From Desulfobacterales bacterium (GTDB taxonomy: Bacteria; Desulfobacterota; Desulfobacteria; Desulfobacterales; UBA5852): DNA of 64,000 nt. The stretch is from contig CAXXVS010000002.1 of NCBI GenBank assembly GCA_963674755.2, positions 1,952,001 to 2,016,000 of the forward strand, written 5' to 3'. Below are positions 47,597-57,348 of the stretch, piece by piece. Made by a program: the position numbers and the translations under genes. How positions within the stretch are numbered: the stretch's first letter is position 1; every line of letters begins with the position of its first letter. The notes beneath the pieces were generated by a model. It was not told where the DNA came from, searched no databases, and saw only the letters and a list, made by a program, of their open reading frames with translations.

Positions 47597-49242
47597 GCAT
47601 CCCCCTGATCGCCGTGCCGATAATAGGGCAGCGGCTCCGGGGCCAGGGGCGTGTTGCCCCGGATCAGATCGGCCGCCTTCTCCGCGATCATCATCACCGG
47701 CGAATATATGTTGCCGTTGGTGACATAGGGCATGACCGAGGCGTCTACTACTCGCAGGTTTTCCACCCCGTGCACCCGCAGCTGGGGATCGGTCACGGCC
47801 ATGGCATGGGTGCCCATGGCGCAAGTGCAGCTGGGGTGGTAGGCCGACTCGCCCTCCCGGGCCACAAAGTCGAGAATCTCATCATCGCTCTGGACTTTCT
47901 CTCCCGGAGCCAGCTCCTGACCGCGGAACGGATCGAAGGCCGTCTGGGTCATGATCTCCCGGGTCTTGCGGATGGCCTCCACCCACTCCCGGCGCTCCTG
48001 CTTGGTGGACAGGTAGTTGAACAGAATGCGCGGATAGTCGGCCGGATCGGCCGATTTAAGCTTCACGTGCCCGCGCACGTCGGTGTTCATGGGACCGACA
48101 TGCACCTGGTAGCCGTGCCCCTGGCGGGGGGCGGTGCCGTCGTAGCGAATGGCCAGGGGCAAAAAGTGGAACTGGAGATTGGGGTAGGTCACCTGGTCGT
48201 TGCCGCGGATGAACCCCCCGGCCTCGAAGTGGTTGGTGGCGGCTTCGCCGGTGCGGCCCACCAGCCATTTCAACCCGATCCAGGGCTGGTTGTACCATTT
48301 GAGGGCCGGATACATGCTCACCGGCTGCTTGCAGGCATACTGGACGTAGAGCTCAAGGTGGTCCTGGAGGTTTTCCCCCACCCCGGGCAGATCGGCCACC
48401 ACCCGGATACCCAGCTCCGAGAGCTCGGCGGCCTTGCCGATCCCCGAGAGCTGCAGCAGTTGGGGGGAATTGATGGCCCCACCGCAACAGATGATCTCCC
48501 CGCCGAAAGCCCGGACCCGCTTTTTGCCCCGGACATACTCGACCCCCACGGCCCGCCGGCCCTGAAAGAGGATGCGGGTGGCCATGGTGCGGCATTTGAC
48601 CGTCAGGTTGCGGCGGTTCTTCACGGGGTGGACATAGGCCCGGGCTGCATTCCAGCGCCGCCCGCGGTAGGTGGTGCGGTCGAAGCGGCCGAAGCCTTCC
48701 TGCTGGAACCCGTTGACATCTTCGGTGATGGGATAGCCGGCCTGCTGCACGGCTTGGAAGAAAGCGTCGAAGAGGGGATTGTCGCACTCCGGCGTGGTCA
48801 GGTAGAGAGGCCCTGCGGCGCCCTGGTATTGGTCGGCCCCGGCCATACGCGATTCAAAGCGCTTGAAATAGGGCAGGCAGTGGGCATAGGACCAGGTTGC
48901 CAAGCCGTCTTCGCGGGCCCACTTCTCGTAGTCCATGGCATTGCCGCGGATGTAGATCATGCCGTTGATGCAGCTGGATCCCCCCAGGACCTTGCCGCGC
49001 GGCTGGTAGATGCGGCGGTTGTGCATGAAGGGCTCCGGTTCGGACTCGTACCACCAATTGTAGGTCCTGCCGGCCAGGGGATAGGTCAAAGCGGCCGGCA
49101 TGTGAATGCGGAAATCGAGCCGAAAATCCGGCAGCCCCGCTTCCAGGACCAGGACGCGCTGCTTGGGGTTGGTGCTCAGGCGGTTGGCCAGCACCGACCC
49201 GGCCGAACCGCCTCCGACAACGATGAAATCATAGGACGACAT
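47593..49242 (-). CDS. betA: Choline dehydrogenase (GMC oxidoreductase)
   Basis: GGGSAG, IHMPAAL, RGKVLGGSSCINGM, GENLQDHLE, NHFEAGGF, YHPSCTC, VVDASVMP. Confidence 0.93.
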   Translation of the reverse strand: MSSYDFIVVGGGSAGSVLANRLSTNPKQRVLVLEAGLPDFRLDFRIHMPAALTYPLAGRTYNWWYESEPEPFMHNRRIYQPRGKVLGGSSCINGMIYIRGNAMDYEKWAREDGLATWSYAHCLPYFKRFESRMAGADQYQGAAGPLYLTTPECDNPLFDAFFQAVQQAGYPITEDVNGFQQEGFGRFDRTTYRGRRWNAARAYVHPVKNRRNLTVKCRTMATRILFQGRRAVGVEYVRGKKRVRAFGGEIICCGGAINSPQLLQLSGIGKAAELSELGIRVVADLPGVGENLQDHLELYVQYACKQPVSMYPALKWYNQPWIGLKWLVGRTGEAATNHFEAGGFIRGNDQVTYPNLQFHFLPLAIRYDGTAPRQGHGYQVHVGPMNTDVRGHVKLKSADPADYPRILFNYLSTKQERREWVEAIRKTREIMTQTAFDPFRGQELAPGEKVQSDDEILDFVAREGESAYHPSCTCAMGTHAMAVTDPQLRVHGVENLRVVDASVMPYVTNGNIYSPVMMIAEKAADLIRGNTPLAPEPLPYYRHGDQGDA

Positions 49243-49254
49243 ATAATCACTCCT

Positions 49255-50043
49255 TCAAGACGGCAGATCGACATCGGTAAAAAGGGGCGCTTCCGGTTCG
49301 GCCGGCAAATCCTGCGTTTCCACCACACACTGTCGCAGCAGCCCGTAGTGTCGCCCGATGTAGGACAGAGCCCGCAGGGGTTCGTTGTCGGCGATGGACA
49401 GGGCCGTATCGCGCCAGTTGAGCGCCGCCCGTTCACGATACAGGGGATTCTCGTAAAGCGCATAATCGTGGGAACTGAGTCCCAACTGCAGGGCCTGCAT
49501 CACCCATTCGAACAGTGGGCTGCGGGCCATGCGGGCCAGCATGATATTCAACTGGCGGTCCACCTCGCCAGCCAGCGCAAGATCAGGCTCCGGTTTCCGC
49601 AACAACCCTGCGAAACGTTCGGCTTCCTCGAGCAGGCGGGTCTTTTCGGCGGGTGTCGCCCGGGCGATGGCCAACAGGGTGATGGTCTGATCCATGCTTT
49701 CGCGAAATTCGATCAGCTGCTCCTTTTCCACCGGGCGCTGTTTGAGAAACAGCGCCAGCGACTCGGAAACATTGGCCACTTCCAGCCGGCGGACATAGGC
49801 CCCGCCTTTGGCCCCCTTGCGCACCTCGAGCAGACCTTTCTGCTTCAACACCTGGATGGCCTCGCGCACCACCCCGCGGCCCGTTCCGAACTGGACCTGC
49901 ATCTCACGTTCACTGGGCAGGCGCTCGCCCGGGGTGAGCCGGCCGTCCAGGATGGCGGCTTCCAGCTTGAGGGCGATATCCTCGCTGGCGCGACCGCCTT
50001 GCACGGGCAAAAAGACGGTTTCGGACGGTATGGTTGTCTCCAT
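49255..50043 (-). CDS. GntR/FadR-family transcriptional regulator
   Basis: PGERLPSEREM...GRGVVREA...GAKGGAYV plus an FCD-type C-terminal domain. Confidence 0.9.
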   Translation of the reverse strand: METTIPSETVFLPVQGGRASEDIALKLEAAILDGRLTPGERLPSEREMQVQFGTGRGVVREAIQVLKQKGLLEVRKGAKGGAYVRRLEVANVSESLALFLKQRPVEKEQLIEFRESMDQTITLLAIARATPAEKTRLLEEAERFAGLLRKPEPDLALAGEVDRQLNIMLARMARSPLFEWVMQALQLGLSSHDYALYENPLYRERAALNWRDTALSIADNEPLRALSYIGRHYGLLRQCVVETQDLPAEPEAPLFTDVDLPS

Positions 50044-50114
50044 TGGTCCTACCTTAATAAAAATATAGTTACCATAATATTTATTTTTGGGTTATATAAT
50101 GGAAAAAATACAAT

Positions 50115-50131
50115 TAATGGTACGACCATTA
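50115..50131. promoter_or_regulatory. FadR-type operator palindrome
   Basis: TAATGGT-ACG-ACCATTA; weaker TTGGT-CCT-ACCT next to the regulator start codon. Confidence 0.7.
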
Positions 50132-50398
50132 GCTGCCATACTTGTCACTCTCTGTCAACCCCCGGCAACGGTTCTGCGCTCCCACGCGTTTCAAATCCCG
50201 GCGGCTTAATGAATTGGATAGTGATCTTCCTTGGCTATCGCCCGACCAGCATGGTACCTAAATCTTATAATTCCCTTGAAAATTAATTGTAACCAGACTA
50301 TCGATCCATCCGTCTTCATACCTACTTTAGCCATAGTGTGGTTGCGAACCCCGACGCCGGGTGAAATTATTACCCGCGCCGCCGGCAGGAATTACAGC

Positions 50399-51802
50399 AT
50401 GAACAAAAACAGGCCCGCCATCGCCGCTCTCATGATCGTGCTACTGGGAGTGAGCGCCTGCAGCCCCTTTGCCCCGGCGCCCCGTCCGGCAGCGGTCGAC
50501 CCGCTGCCCCCGACGTACGCCCTCTATCCGGTCGAAGCGCCGGATTCCTCCCCGTGGTGGCTCGCCCTCAAATCCGACGAACTGAACCGGCTGCTGACCC
50601 GGGCCTTTACCGACAACCTGACCCTTCAGCAGGTTTGGGCACGCATGCAACAGGCCCAGGCCTTGGCTGTCGTGGCCGGTGCGGATTTATACCCGGATCT
50701 GAACGTCACCGGCGGAACTGTCCATTCCCGCCAGCACAGCGAAAACGGTACCTCGGACACCTATACCACCCGGCTGTATGACATCGGGCTGTCTTCCCGG
50801 TACGAAATCGATCTCTGGGGACGCATCCGGGCCGGGGAAAACGCCGCGACCCTCACAGCGGAAGCCGCCCGGGAGGACTGGAACACCAGCGTGATCGCCC
50901 TGGCCGCCAACGTCGCCCGTACCTGGGCCCAAATCCTGGCCCAGCAGAGTCAGAAACGCCTGCTGGCGAAACAGCTGGAAACCAACCTGACCTACCTGGA
51001 GCTGGTGGAGCTGCGCTATCGCAAGGGCATCGTCTCCGGTCTGGACGTCTTCCAACAGCAGCAGATCGTGGAGGGCGTCCAGTCCCAAATCCCCGTTGTG
51101 GAGTCCCAGGAACAATTGCTGCACAACCAGCTGGCGGTGCTCCTGGGGCAAGCCCCGGGACGCCGTCTGGATATCCAATCCACGGAGCTACCTGTGCCGA
51201 CCCAAGTGCCGGCCGCCGGACTGCCGGCGGATCTGCTCGCCAACCGGCCGGATATACGGGCTGCCGGACAACGGCTGGAGGCCGCCGACTGGCAGCTGGC
51301 CGCGGCCCGGGCCAACCGTCTGCCGGCCATCAGTCTGACCGCTGCGGCCGGTTACGGACCGGCCGACATCGATTTGATGCTGGACAACTGGATCATGAGC
51401 CTGGCCAGCAACCTGACCGCCCCGCTGCTGGACGGCGGACGCCGGGCCGCCGAGGTCGACCGCGCTCGGGCGGCCACCGACGAGAACCTGGCCGCCTATC
51501 GGGAAACCGTTCTCACGGCTGTGCGGGAAGTGCAGGATGCGCTGGTGGCGGAATACTACCAGCACCGCCACATTGCGGCCCTGGATCGCCAACTGACCGC
51601 CGCCCGCAACGCGTTGGTGGAGGCGCGGGAGCTTTACCGCAAGGGGGTTGACGACTATCTGCCGGTTTTGACGCAGCTCCTGGCCGTTCAAAACCTGGAA
51701 CGGGACCTGATCACCCAGAAAACGCAACTTTTAATCGATCGCATCGACCTTTACACCGCCTTGGGCGGCAACTGGCCGGATACGGTCGTGGCCGAAAAAT
51801 AA
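50399..51802 (+). CDS. NodT/OprM-family outer membrane efflux lipoprotein
   Basis: VSAC lipobox, YEIDLWGR, LLANRPDI, LYTALGGNW. Confidence 0.9.
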   Translation: MNKNRPAIAALMIVLLGVSACSPFAPAPRPAAVDPLPPTYALYPVEAPDSSPWWLALKSDELNRLLTRAFTDNLTLQQVWARMQQAQALAVVAGADLYPDLNVTGGTVHSRQHSENGTSDTYTTRLYDIGLSSRYEIDLWGRIRAGENAATLTAEAAREDWNTSVIALAANVARTWAQILAQQSQKRLLAKQLETNLTYLELVELRYRKGIVSGLDVFQQQQIVEGVQSQIPVVESQEQLLHNQLAVLLGQAPGRRLDIQSTELPVPTQVPAAGLPADLLANRPDIRAAGQRLEAADWQLAAARANRLPAISLTAAAGYGPADIDLMLDNWIMSLASNLTAPLLDGGRRAAEVDRARAATDENLAAYRETVLTAVREVQDALVAEYYQHRHIAALDRQLTAARNALVEARELYRKGVDDYLPVLTQLLAVQNLERDLITQKTQLLIDRIDLYTALGGNWPDTVVAEK

Positions 51803-51857
51803 CTGCCACGCATATCATCGGTGTGAGAAGAACACGCCGGAAGGAATCTTGAGCCGC

Positions 51858-53156
51858 ATGACCGCTACCAACCTCACAAATCACCCCTCGGCGCCCGATC
51901 CACAGCCGCCCCGCTGGTCGGCCGGCCAGCGCCTGAAACAGGGCGTCATCGGTGCCCTGATCATTGCCATGGGTATTGGCGGAGCCGTCTATTTCAAAAC
52001 GACCGCCCCGCGCGCCGACAAACGACCGCCCAAGGTGGTGGCCCCCCTGGTGGAAGTGACCACTGTCGAACCGGGACGCCATCAGGTGGTGGTGACCGCC
52101 ATGGGAACCGTCACCCCGGCCCGGTCCCTGGCTCTCGAATCCCGGGTGACGGGCGAAGTGATCCGAATGCATCCGGAATTTCAGATCGGCGGCCTGCTGC
52201 GGGCCGGCGACGTGGCCCTGCAAATCGACCCAGGGGACTATGAGCTGGCCGTCACCCGTGCCGAAAGCGCTGTGGTGGAGGCGGAATACGCGTTAAAACT
52301 GGAGGGGGGCCGCCAGGAAATCGCCCGGCGGGAATGGGCCATCCTGAACGGCGACAAACCGGCCGATCCCCTGGACAAGGAACTGGCCCTGCGAAAGCCC
52401 CATCTGCGCAAGGCCCAGGCCGATCTGGCCGCCGCCCGGGCCAATCTCAAGCAGACCCGCCTCGATCTGGAACGCACCCGTATAACGGTGCCCTTCAATG
52501 CGGTCGTGCGCAACCGCTACGTGGAATTGGGCTCCCAGGTGGCCGCCCAGGAAAAATTGGCCGACCTGGTGGGCGCGGACGCCTATTGGATCGAAGTTTC
52601 CATCCCGGTGGACCGCCTGCCTTGGATTGCCATTCCCCGCCGGGCGGGTGAGCCGGGGGCCGCGGTCGAGGTACACAATCAGAACGGTACCCGGGTTTCG
52701 GGGCAGGTTATCCGACTGCTCAGCGATCTGGAAACCGAAGGGCGCATGGCACGCCTGCTGGTGGAAGTGCGCCATCCTCTGGGGGACGACCCTGCCGCCG
52801 AAGCGCATCCGCCCCTGATTCTGGGGGAATATGTGCGGGTGGCGATCCAGGGCCGCGCCTTGGACAATGTCTATCGTATCCCCCGCACCGCCCTACGGGA
52901 CAACGCCCGCATCTGGATTGCGCGCGATGACGAGACCCTTCAGATCCGCGAAGTGGTCCCACTATGGCGTGATGCCGACTATGTGCTGCTGCAGGACGGG
53001 CTGGCCCCGGGTGAGCGGCTGGTCGTATCGGATCTGACGGCGGCCGTGGACGGCATGGCCGTCCGGGAACGTTCGGATGCCCCCCCGCAAACGGCGCCCC
53101 CTGATCGGAAGGCCAATCCCCGGAAGGATGCCACCGCACCCACTGCCACCCAATAG
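51858..53156 (+). CDS. RND periplasmic adaptor (MFP)
   Basis: N-terminal TM, LERTRITVPF, IPRTALR, GLAPGERLVV. Confidence 0.9.
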   Translation: MTATNLTNHPSAPDPQPPRWSAGQRLKQGVIGALIIAMGIGGAVYFKTTAPRADKRPPKVVAPLVEVTTVEPGRHQVVVTAMGTVTPARSLALESRVTGEVIRMHPEFQIGGLLRAGDVALQIDPGDYELAVTRAESAVVEAEYALKLEGGRQEIARREWAILNGDKPADPLDKELALRKPHLRKAQADLAAARANLKQTRLDLERTRITVPFNAVVRNRYVELGSQVAAQEKLADLVGADAYWIEVSIPVDRLPWIAIPRRAGEPGAAVEVHNQNGTRVSGQVIRLLSDLETEGRMARLLVEVRHPLGDDPAAEAHPPLILGEYVRVAIQGRALDNVYRIPRTALRDNARIWIARDDETLQIREVVPLWRDADYVLLQDGLAPGERLVVSDLTAAVDGMAVRERSDAPPQTAPPDRKANPRKDATAPTATQ

Positions 53157-53197
53157 CCCTGCATGCGCAAAATGCCACACTGGACAATAATGTTACG

Positions 53198-56100
53198 ATG
53201 AACACACCCACTACAAACTCCAACCCCCGCGGCCCCATCGCCTGGATGGCCGGCCATTCGGTGACGGCCAACCTCATCATGGTGGTCTTCCTGGTGGGCG
53301 GCCTGATATGGGGGCTGCACATCAAGCAGGAAGTCTTCCCGGACTTCGAACTGGATTTCGTCAACATCTCAGTGGCCTACCCCGGCGCCAGCCCCTCGGA
53401 GGTGGAACGCGGTATCATCTGGGCCATTGAAGAGGCGGTACAGGGGCTGGAGGGCGTCAAAGAGGTGACCGCCTCGGCCAATGAAGGCTCGGGCACCGTC
53501 ACCGTGGAAGTCCTCGAGGGGACCGACCCGAACCGTCTTTCCGAAAAAATCCAAAACGAAGTGGATCAGATCACCTCTTTTCCGGAAGAGGCGGAAACAC
53601 CGCGCGTGGCGGTGGCCGACCGCAAGCGCTCCGTGGTATCGGTTATTCTTTACGGGGATCAGAGCGAATGGGTGCTGCGGGAGATGGCCGAAGACCTGCG
53701 CATGCGCATGCTGCAGGATCCGGACATCACCCAGGTGGATCTGGAGGGCATTCGGGATTTCGAAATCAGCATCGAGATTCCCCAGCGCACGTTGCGCGCC
53801 TATGGACTGACCCTGGACGAAGTGGCTCAAAAAATCGGGGCGGCGGCCGTCGAACTGCCGGGTGGTTCCATCAAAACGGAAAGCGGGGATATCCTTGTCC
53901 GGATGAAAGAGCGCCGTAATTTCGGTCGCGAATTCGATAACATTCCGGTGGTCACCTCCAATGACGGCACGGAAGTGCGGCTGGCCGAGATGGCCCGCAT
54001 CCAGGACGGTTTTGAAGAAAGCGACCGTTTTGCGACCTACAACGGCCAACGTGCCATCCGGCTGGGAGTATCCCGGGTGGGCGATCAGACGCCCATCACG
54101 GTTTCCGATGCCGTTAAACGCCAGGTCGAGGCCTTGAAAACCAGCTTGCCCCCCGGCCTGCACTTAAGCCTGCTCAACGACCGCTCGGATATCTATCGCC
54201 AGCGTTTGAACCTGATGCTGCGCAACGGGTATCTGGGACTGGCATTGGTATTCGTCGTTCTGGCCGTATTCCTGGAAGCCCGTCTGGCCTTCTGGGTGAG
54301 TCTGGGCATCCCCATCAGCTTTCTGGGGTCAATGCTTTTCCTGCCCGTCGCCGGTGTGAGCATCAATATGGTATCCCTGTTCGCCTTCATCGTCACCCTG
54401 GGCATCGTGGTGGACGACGCCATCGTGGTGGGCGAAAATGTCTACTACCACCGCCAGCAGGGATTGCCCTGGCGCGAAGCCGCCATCCGCGGAGCCCGCG
54501 ATATCGCCATGCCGGTGACCTTCAGCGTCCTCACCAACATGGTGGCCTTCCTGCCGCTCATGTTCATCCCCGGCATCATGGGCAAGGTTTTCAGCCAGAT
54601 CCCGGTGGTGGTGATCAGCGTATTCGCCATCTCCCTCATCGAAAGCCTGTTCGTCCTGCCCGCCCACCTGGGGCACCAGCCTGAAAACCGGGCTCCCGGT
54701 CCACTGGCCTTCCTGCACCGGGCCCAGCAGCGCTTCAGCCGCTTTTTTTCCCGCATGGTCGAGCGCCACTACGGCGCCTTCCTCGACTGGACCCTGCGCA
54801 ACCGCTATATCACCCTGGCCGCCGGCCTGGCCGTGCTGATCGTGACCGTGGGCTATGTGCAAAGCGGCCGCATGGGATTTACCCTCTTTCCCAAAATCGA
54901 ATCCGACTATGCCCGGGTGACCGCCACCCTGCCCTACGGGTCGGCCGTTCAGAAAACCATGGCAGTCCAGGACCGGCTGGTAGAGGCCATCCGTGCGGTA
55001 ACGGATGAAAACGGCGGCGAGCGCCTCCTTAAGGGCATCTATGCCCAGGTGGCCGACAACCAAACCACGGTCACCGCCTACCTGACGGACGCAAACGTGC
55101 GTCCCCAAAGTACAGCGGAAGTTACCCGCCTGTGGCGGGAACGGGTCGGGGCCCTGGTGGGGCTGGAGTCGATCCTCTTCGAGTCGGATGCCGGGGGTCC
55201 GGGACGGGGGGCGTCCCTATCGGTGGAACTGCGCCATGAAGACCTGGGAGTTTTGGAAAAGGCCAGTGCAGCGCTGGCCGCCGCCTTGGGCTATTACCCG
55301 AATGTCAGCGACATCGACGACGGTTTTTCGCCCGGCAAGCAGCAGATCGATTTTAACATCAGACCCGAGGGCCGCAGCCTGGGATTGACGGCCCGCGACA
55401 TCGCCCGCCAGGTGCGCCATGCCTATTATGGTTCCGAGGCCCTGCGCCAGCAGCGGGGTCGCAACGAGGTCAAAGTGATGGTGCGCCTGCCACGCTCGGA
55501 AAGGGTTTCCGAGCACAATCTGGAGGAAATGATCCTGCGTGCGCCCAGCGGGGTGGAAATCCCCCTGCGGGAAGCCGTCAGCCTGAAACGCGGCCGGGCC
55601 TACACCAGCATTAAACGGCGCAACGGCCAACGGGTGGTGACGGCCACGGCCAATGTGCGCCCGGTCAGCCAGACCGGTCAGGTACAGGCCTCTCTGAGAG
55701 CGGATATCCTGCCGCGCCTGGTAAGGGAATATCGCGGGCTGAGCTACAGCTTCGAAGGGCGCCAGGCCGACATGCGCGAAAGCATGCAAAGCCTGACCAG
55801 GGGCCTCCTGCTGGCCCTCCTGGTGATCTACGCCATGCTGGCGATCCCCTTCAACAGCTATATCCAGCCGATTATCGTTATTTTATGCGTGCCTTTCGGC
55901 ATCGTGGGGGCCATCATCGGTCACCTGCTAATGGGTTTCAGCCTGAGCGTGATGAGCATGTTCGGGGTCGTCGCTTTATCCGGTGTGGTCATCAACGACT
56001 CTCTGGTTCTGATCGACCACGCCAACCGCCGGCGCAACGCTGGCGACAATGCCCATGATGCCGTTTACGCCTCGGGCATCCAGCGTTTCCGGCCCATTCT

Positions 56101-56323
56101 GCTCACCACCCTGACCACCTTCGGCGGTCTGATGCCCATGATCTTCGAAACATCGCGCCAGGCCCGCTTCCTGATTCCCATGGCCATCTCCCTGGGGTTC
56201 GGGATCGTCTTCGCCACCTTGATCACCCTGGCCCTGGTGCCGTCCTTTTATATGATCGTCAATGATGTGCAGGGCCTGCTGGCCATTCGCGGCAAGGCCG
56301 CCCCAGCGGCCAAGGATCTGTGA
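53198..56323 (+). CDS. RND efflux permease
   Basis: 1041 aa; GIVVDDAIVVGEN, GVVINDSLVL, RFRPILLTT. Confidence 0.93.
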   Translation: MNTPTTNSNPRGPIAWMAGHSVTANLIMVVFLVGGLIWGLHIKQEVFPDFELDFVNISVAYPGASPSEVERGIIWAIEEAVQGLEGVKEVTASANEGSGTVTVEVLEGTDPNRLSEKIQNEVDQITSFPEEAETPRVAVADRKRSVVSVILYGDQSEWVLREMAEDLRMRMLQDPDITQVDLEGIRDFEISIEIPQRTLRAYGLTLDEVAQKIGAAAVELPGGSIKTESGDILVRMKERRNFGREFDNIPVVTSNDGTEVRLAEMARIQDGFEESDRFATYNGQRAIRLGVSRVGDQTPITVSDAVKRQVEALKTSLPPGLHLSLLNDRSDIYRQRLNLMLRNGYLGLALVFVVLAVFLEARLAFWVSLGIPISFLGSMLFLPVAGVSINMVSLFAFIVTLGIVVDDAIVVGENVYYHRQQGLPWREAAIRGARDIAMPVTFSVLTNMVAFLPLMFIPGIMGKVFSQIPVVVISVFAISLIESLFVLPAHLGHQPENRAPGPLAFLHRAQQRFSRFFSRMVERHYGAFLDWTLRNRYITLAAGLAVLIVTVGYVQSGRMGFTLFPKIESDYARVTATLPYGSAVQKTMAVQDRLVEAIRAVTDENGGERLLKGIYAQVADNQTTVTAYLTDANVRPQSTAEVTRLWRERVGALVGLESILFESDAGGPGRGASLSVELRHEDLGVLEKASAALAAALGYYPNVSDIDDGFSPGKQQIDFNIRPEGRSLGLTARDIARQVRHAYYGSEALRQQRGRNEVKVMVRLPRSERVSEHNLEEMILRAPSGVEIPLREAVSLKRGRAYTSIKRRNGQRVVTATANVRPVSQTGQVQASLRADILPRLVREYRGLSYSFEGRQADMRESMQSLTRGLLLALLVIYAMLAIPFNSYIQPIIVILCVPFGIVGAIIGHLLMGFSLSVMSMFGVVALSGVVINDSLVLIDHANRRRNAGDNAHDAVYASGIQRFRPILLTTLTTFGGLMPMIFETSRQARFLIPMAISLGFGIVFATLITLALVPSFYMIVNDVQGLLAIRGKAAPAAKDL

Positions 56324-56452
56324 CAGCGGGAGGGGGGTTGATCGGGACGGGAGCAAGCCCTGAGGGCGATCCGGGGGTGCCACACTTTCGGTCCTCGTTC
56401 GCCCTGGGCAGGACTGCGACGCCGCCCGAGAAATCGGCCAATGCGACTGCGT

Positions 56453-56797
56453 TCAGTCTTCGGTCGTCACAAGGTCGGTATCGTCGAAAAACAACTCCAC
56501 GGATTGATTTTCGGAAGAATCGAACAGGACCATCACCGACTCGGCAATTTTGAGCACATAAGGCCTGATGGGAAACAGATTGGGTGTCCGCAAAGCATCC
56601 ACCACGGCTTCCCGGCCACGGGCCACGGAACGCTCGATGCGGGCATGGCTGTAGGTCTCTTCGCATAAAAATTCAAAATCATCCTGCCGCAGCAGATCCG
56701 TATCGACGTTGCGCAGATTCTTGTCGATAATGGCGTATTCCCTGATTTTGAAGTCGTGCCGGGTTCCTTCCTGGCTAATAACATATTTCTGACGCAT
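56453..56797 (-). CDS. Hypothetical protein
   Basis: AAGGAGAG RBS before ATG 56797; LRTPNLFP motif; no family recognised. Confidence 0.7.
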   Translation of the reverse strand: MRQKYVISQEGTRHDFKIREYAIIDKNLRNVDTDLLRQDDFEFLCEETYSHARIERSVARGREAVVDALRTPNLFPIRPYVLKIAESVMVLFDSSENQSVELFFDDTDLVTTED

Positions 56798-57093
56798 GAT
56801 TGCTCTCCTTTGTGCATCGTTTTGATTGGCGTGCCGATGCATCACGTCCCCTCAAAGGGATGACGGCCCTTTGACCTGTCAGGATCGGCGTCGAGAACCA
56901 ATGGCTTCGGTGGGCGGTGTAAACAGCGAATGACGGGGGAACACAGTTCAGACGGGCTCCGCAAATGCTGATCGTGACCCTGTGTATATCACATCTGTAC
57001 CGACGATACCAGGGGGGCTCAAACACGGGCTCTTGCCCCGGACGAGGCCCTGGGCAAGAATGTTTCCCTCCCCTGTCCGTTTTACCTTCCGCT

Positions 57094-57345
57094 TCAGGGG
57101 ATATTCAACAATCCCTTCACCCGCTCCACTTTCTCTTCCAGCCCTCCCTGACGTCCGATCATGATCCGCTGGGTCATGGGCGGTCCGGCGCCATGCATGG
57201 ATTCGGTCAAGTAGGCCACCGCGCCGGATCCGGTCACCAGATTTTCAATCAGACGCAACATGTTGATCCGATCCACCGGATCGGTATCTTCGGCCGCTGC
57301 CAGGACTTTCCTAATATAAGGGCCGGCCACCGGGTCTTCAAGGTC
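57094..57345 (-). pseudogene. abfD: 3' fragment of a 4-hydroxybutyryl-CoA dehydratase-like gene
   Basis: LRLIENLVTGSGAVAYLTESMHGAGPPMTQRIMIGRQG resembles the AbfD C-terminus (ESMHGAGSPQAQRIMI); only about 80 codons are present. Confidence 0.75.
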
Positions 57346-57348
57346 GTG

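Noticed and set aside
47614..50286. 890-aa plus-strand ORF and similar long antisense ORFs (13602-15443, 15611-17059, 3933-5348)
   Set aside because: Shadow frames of well-supported genes in GC-rich DNA; no recognisable motifs.
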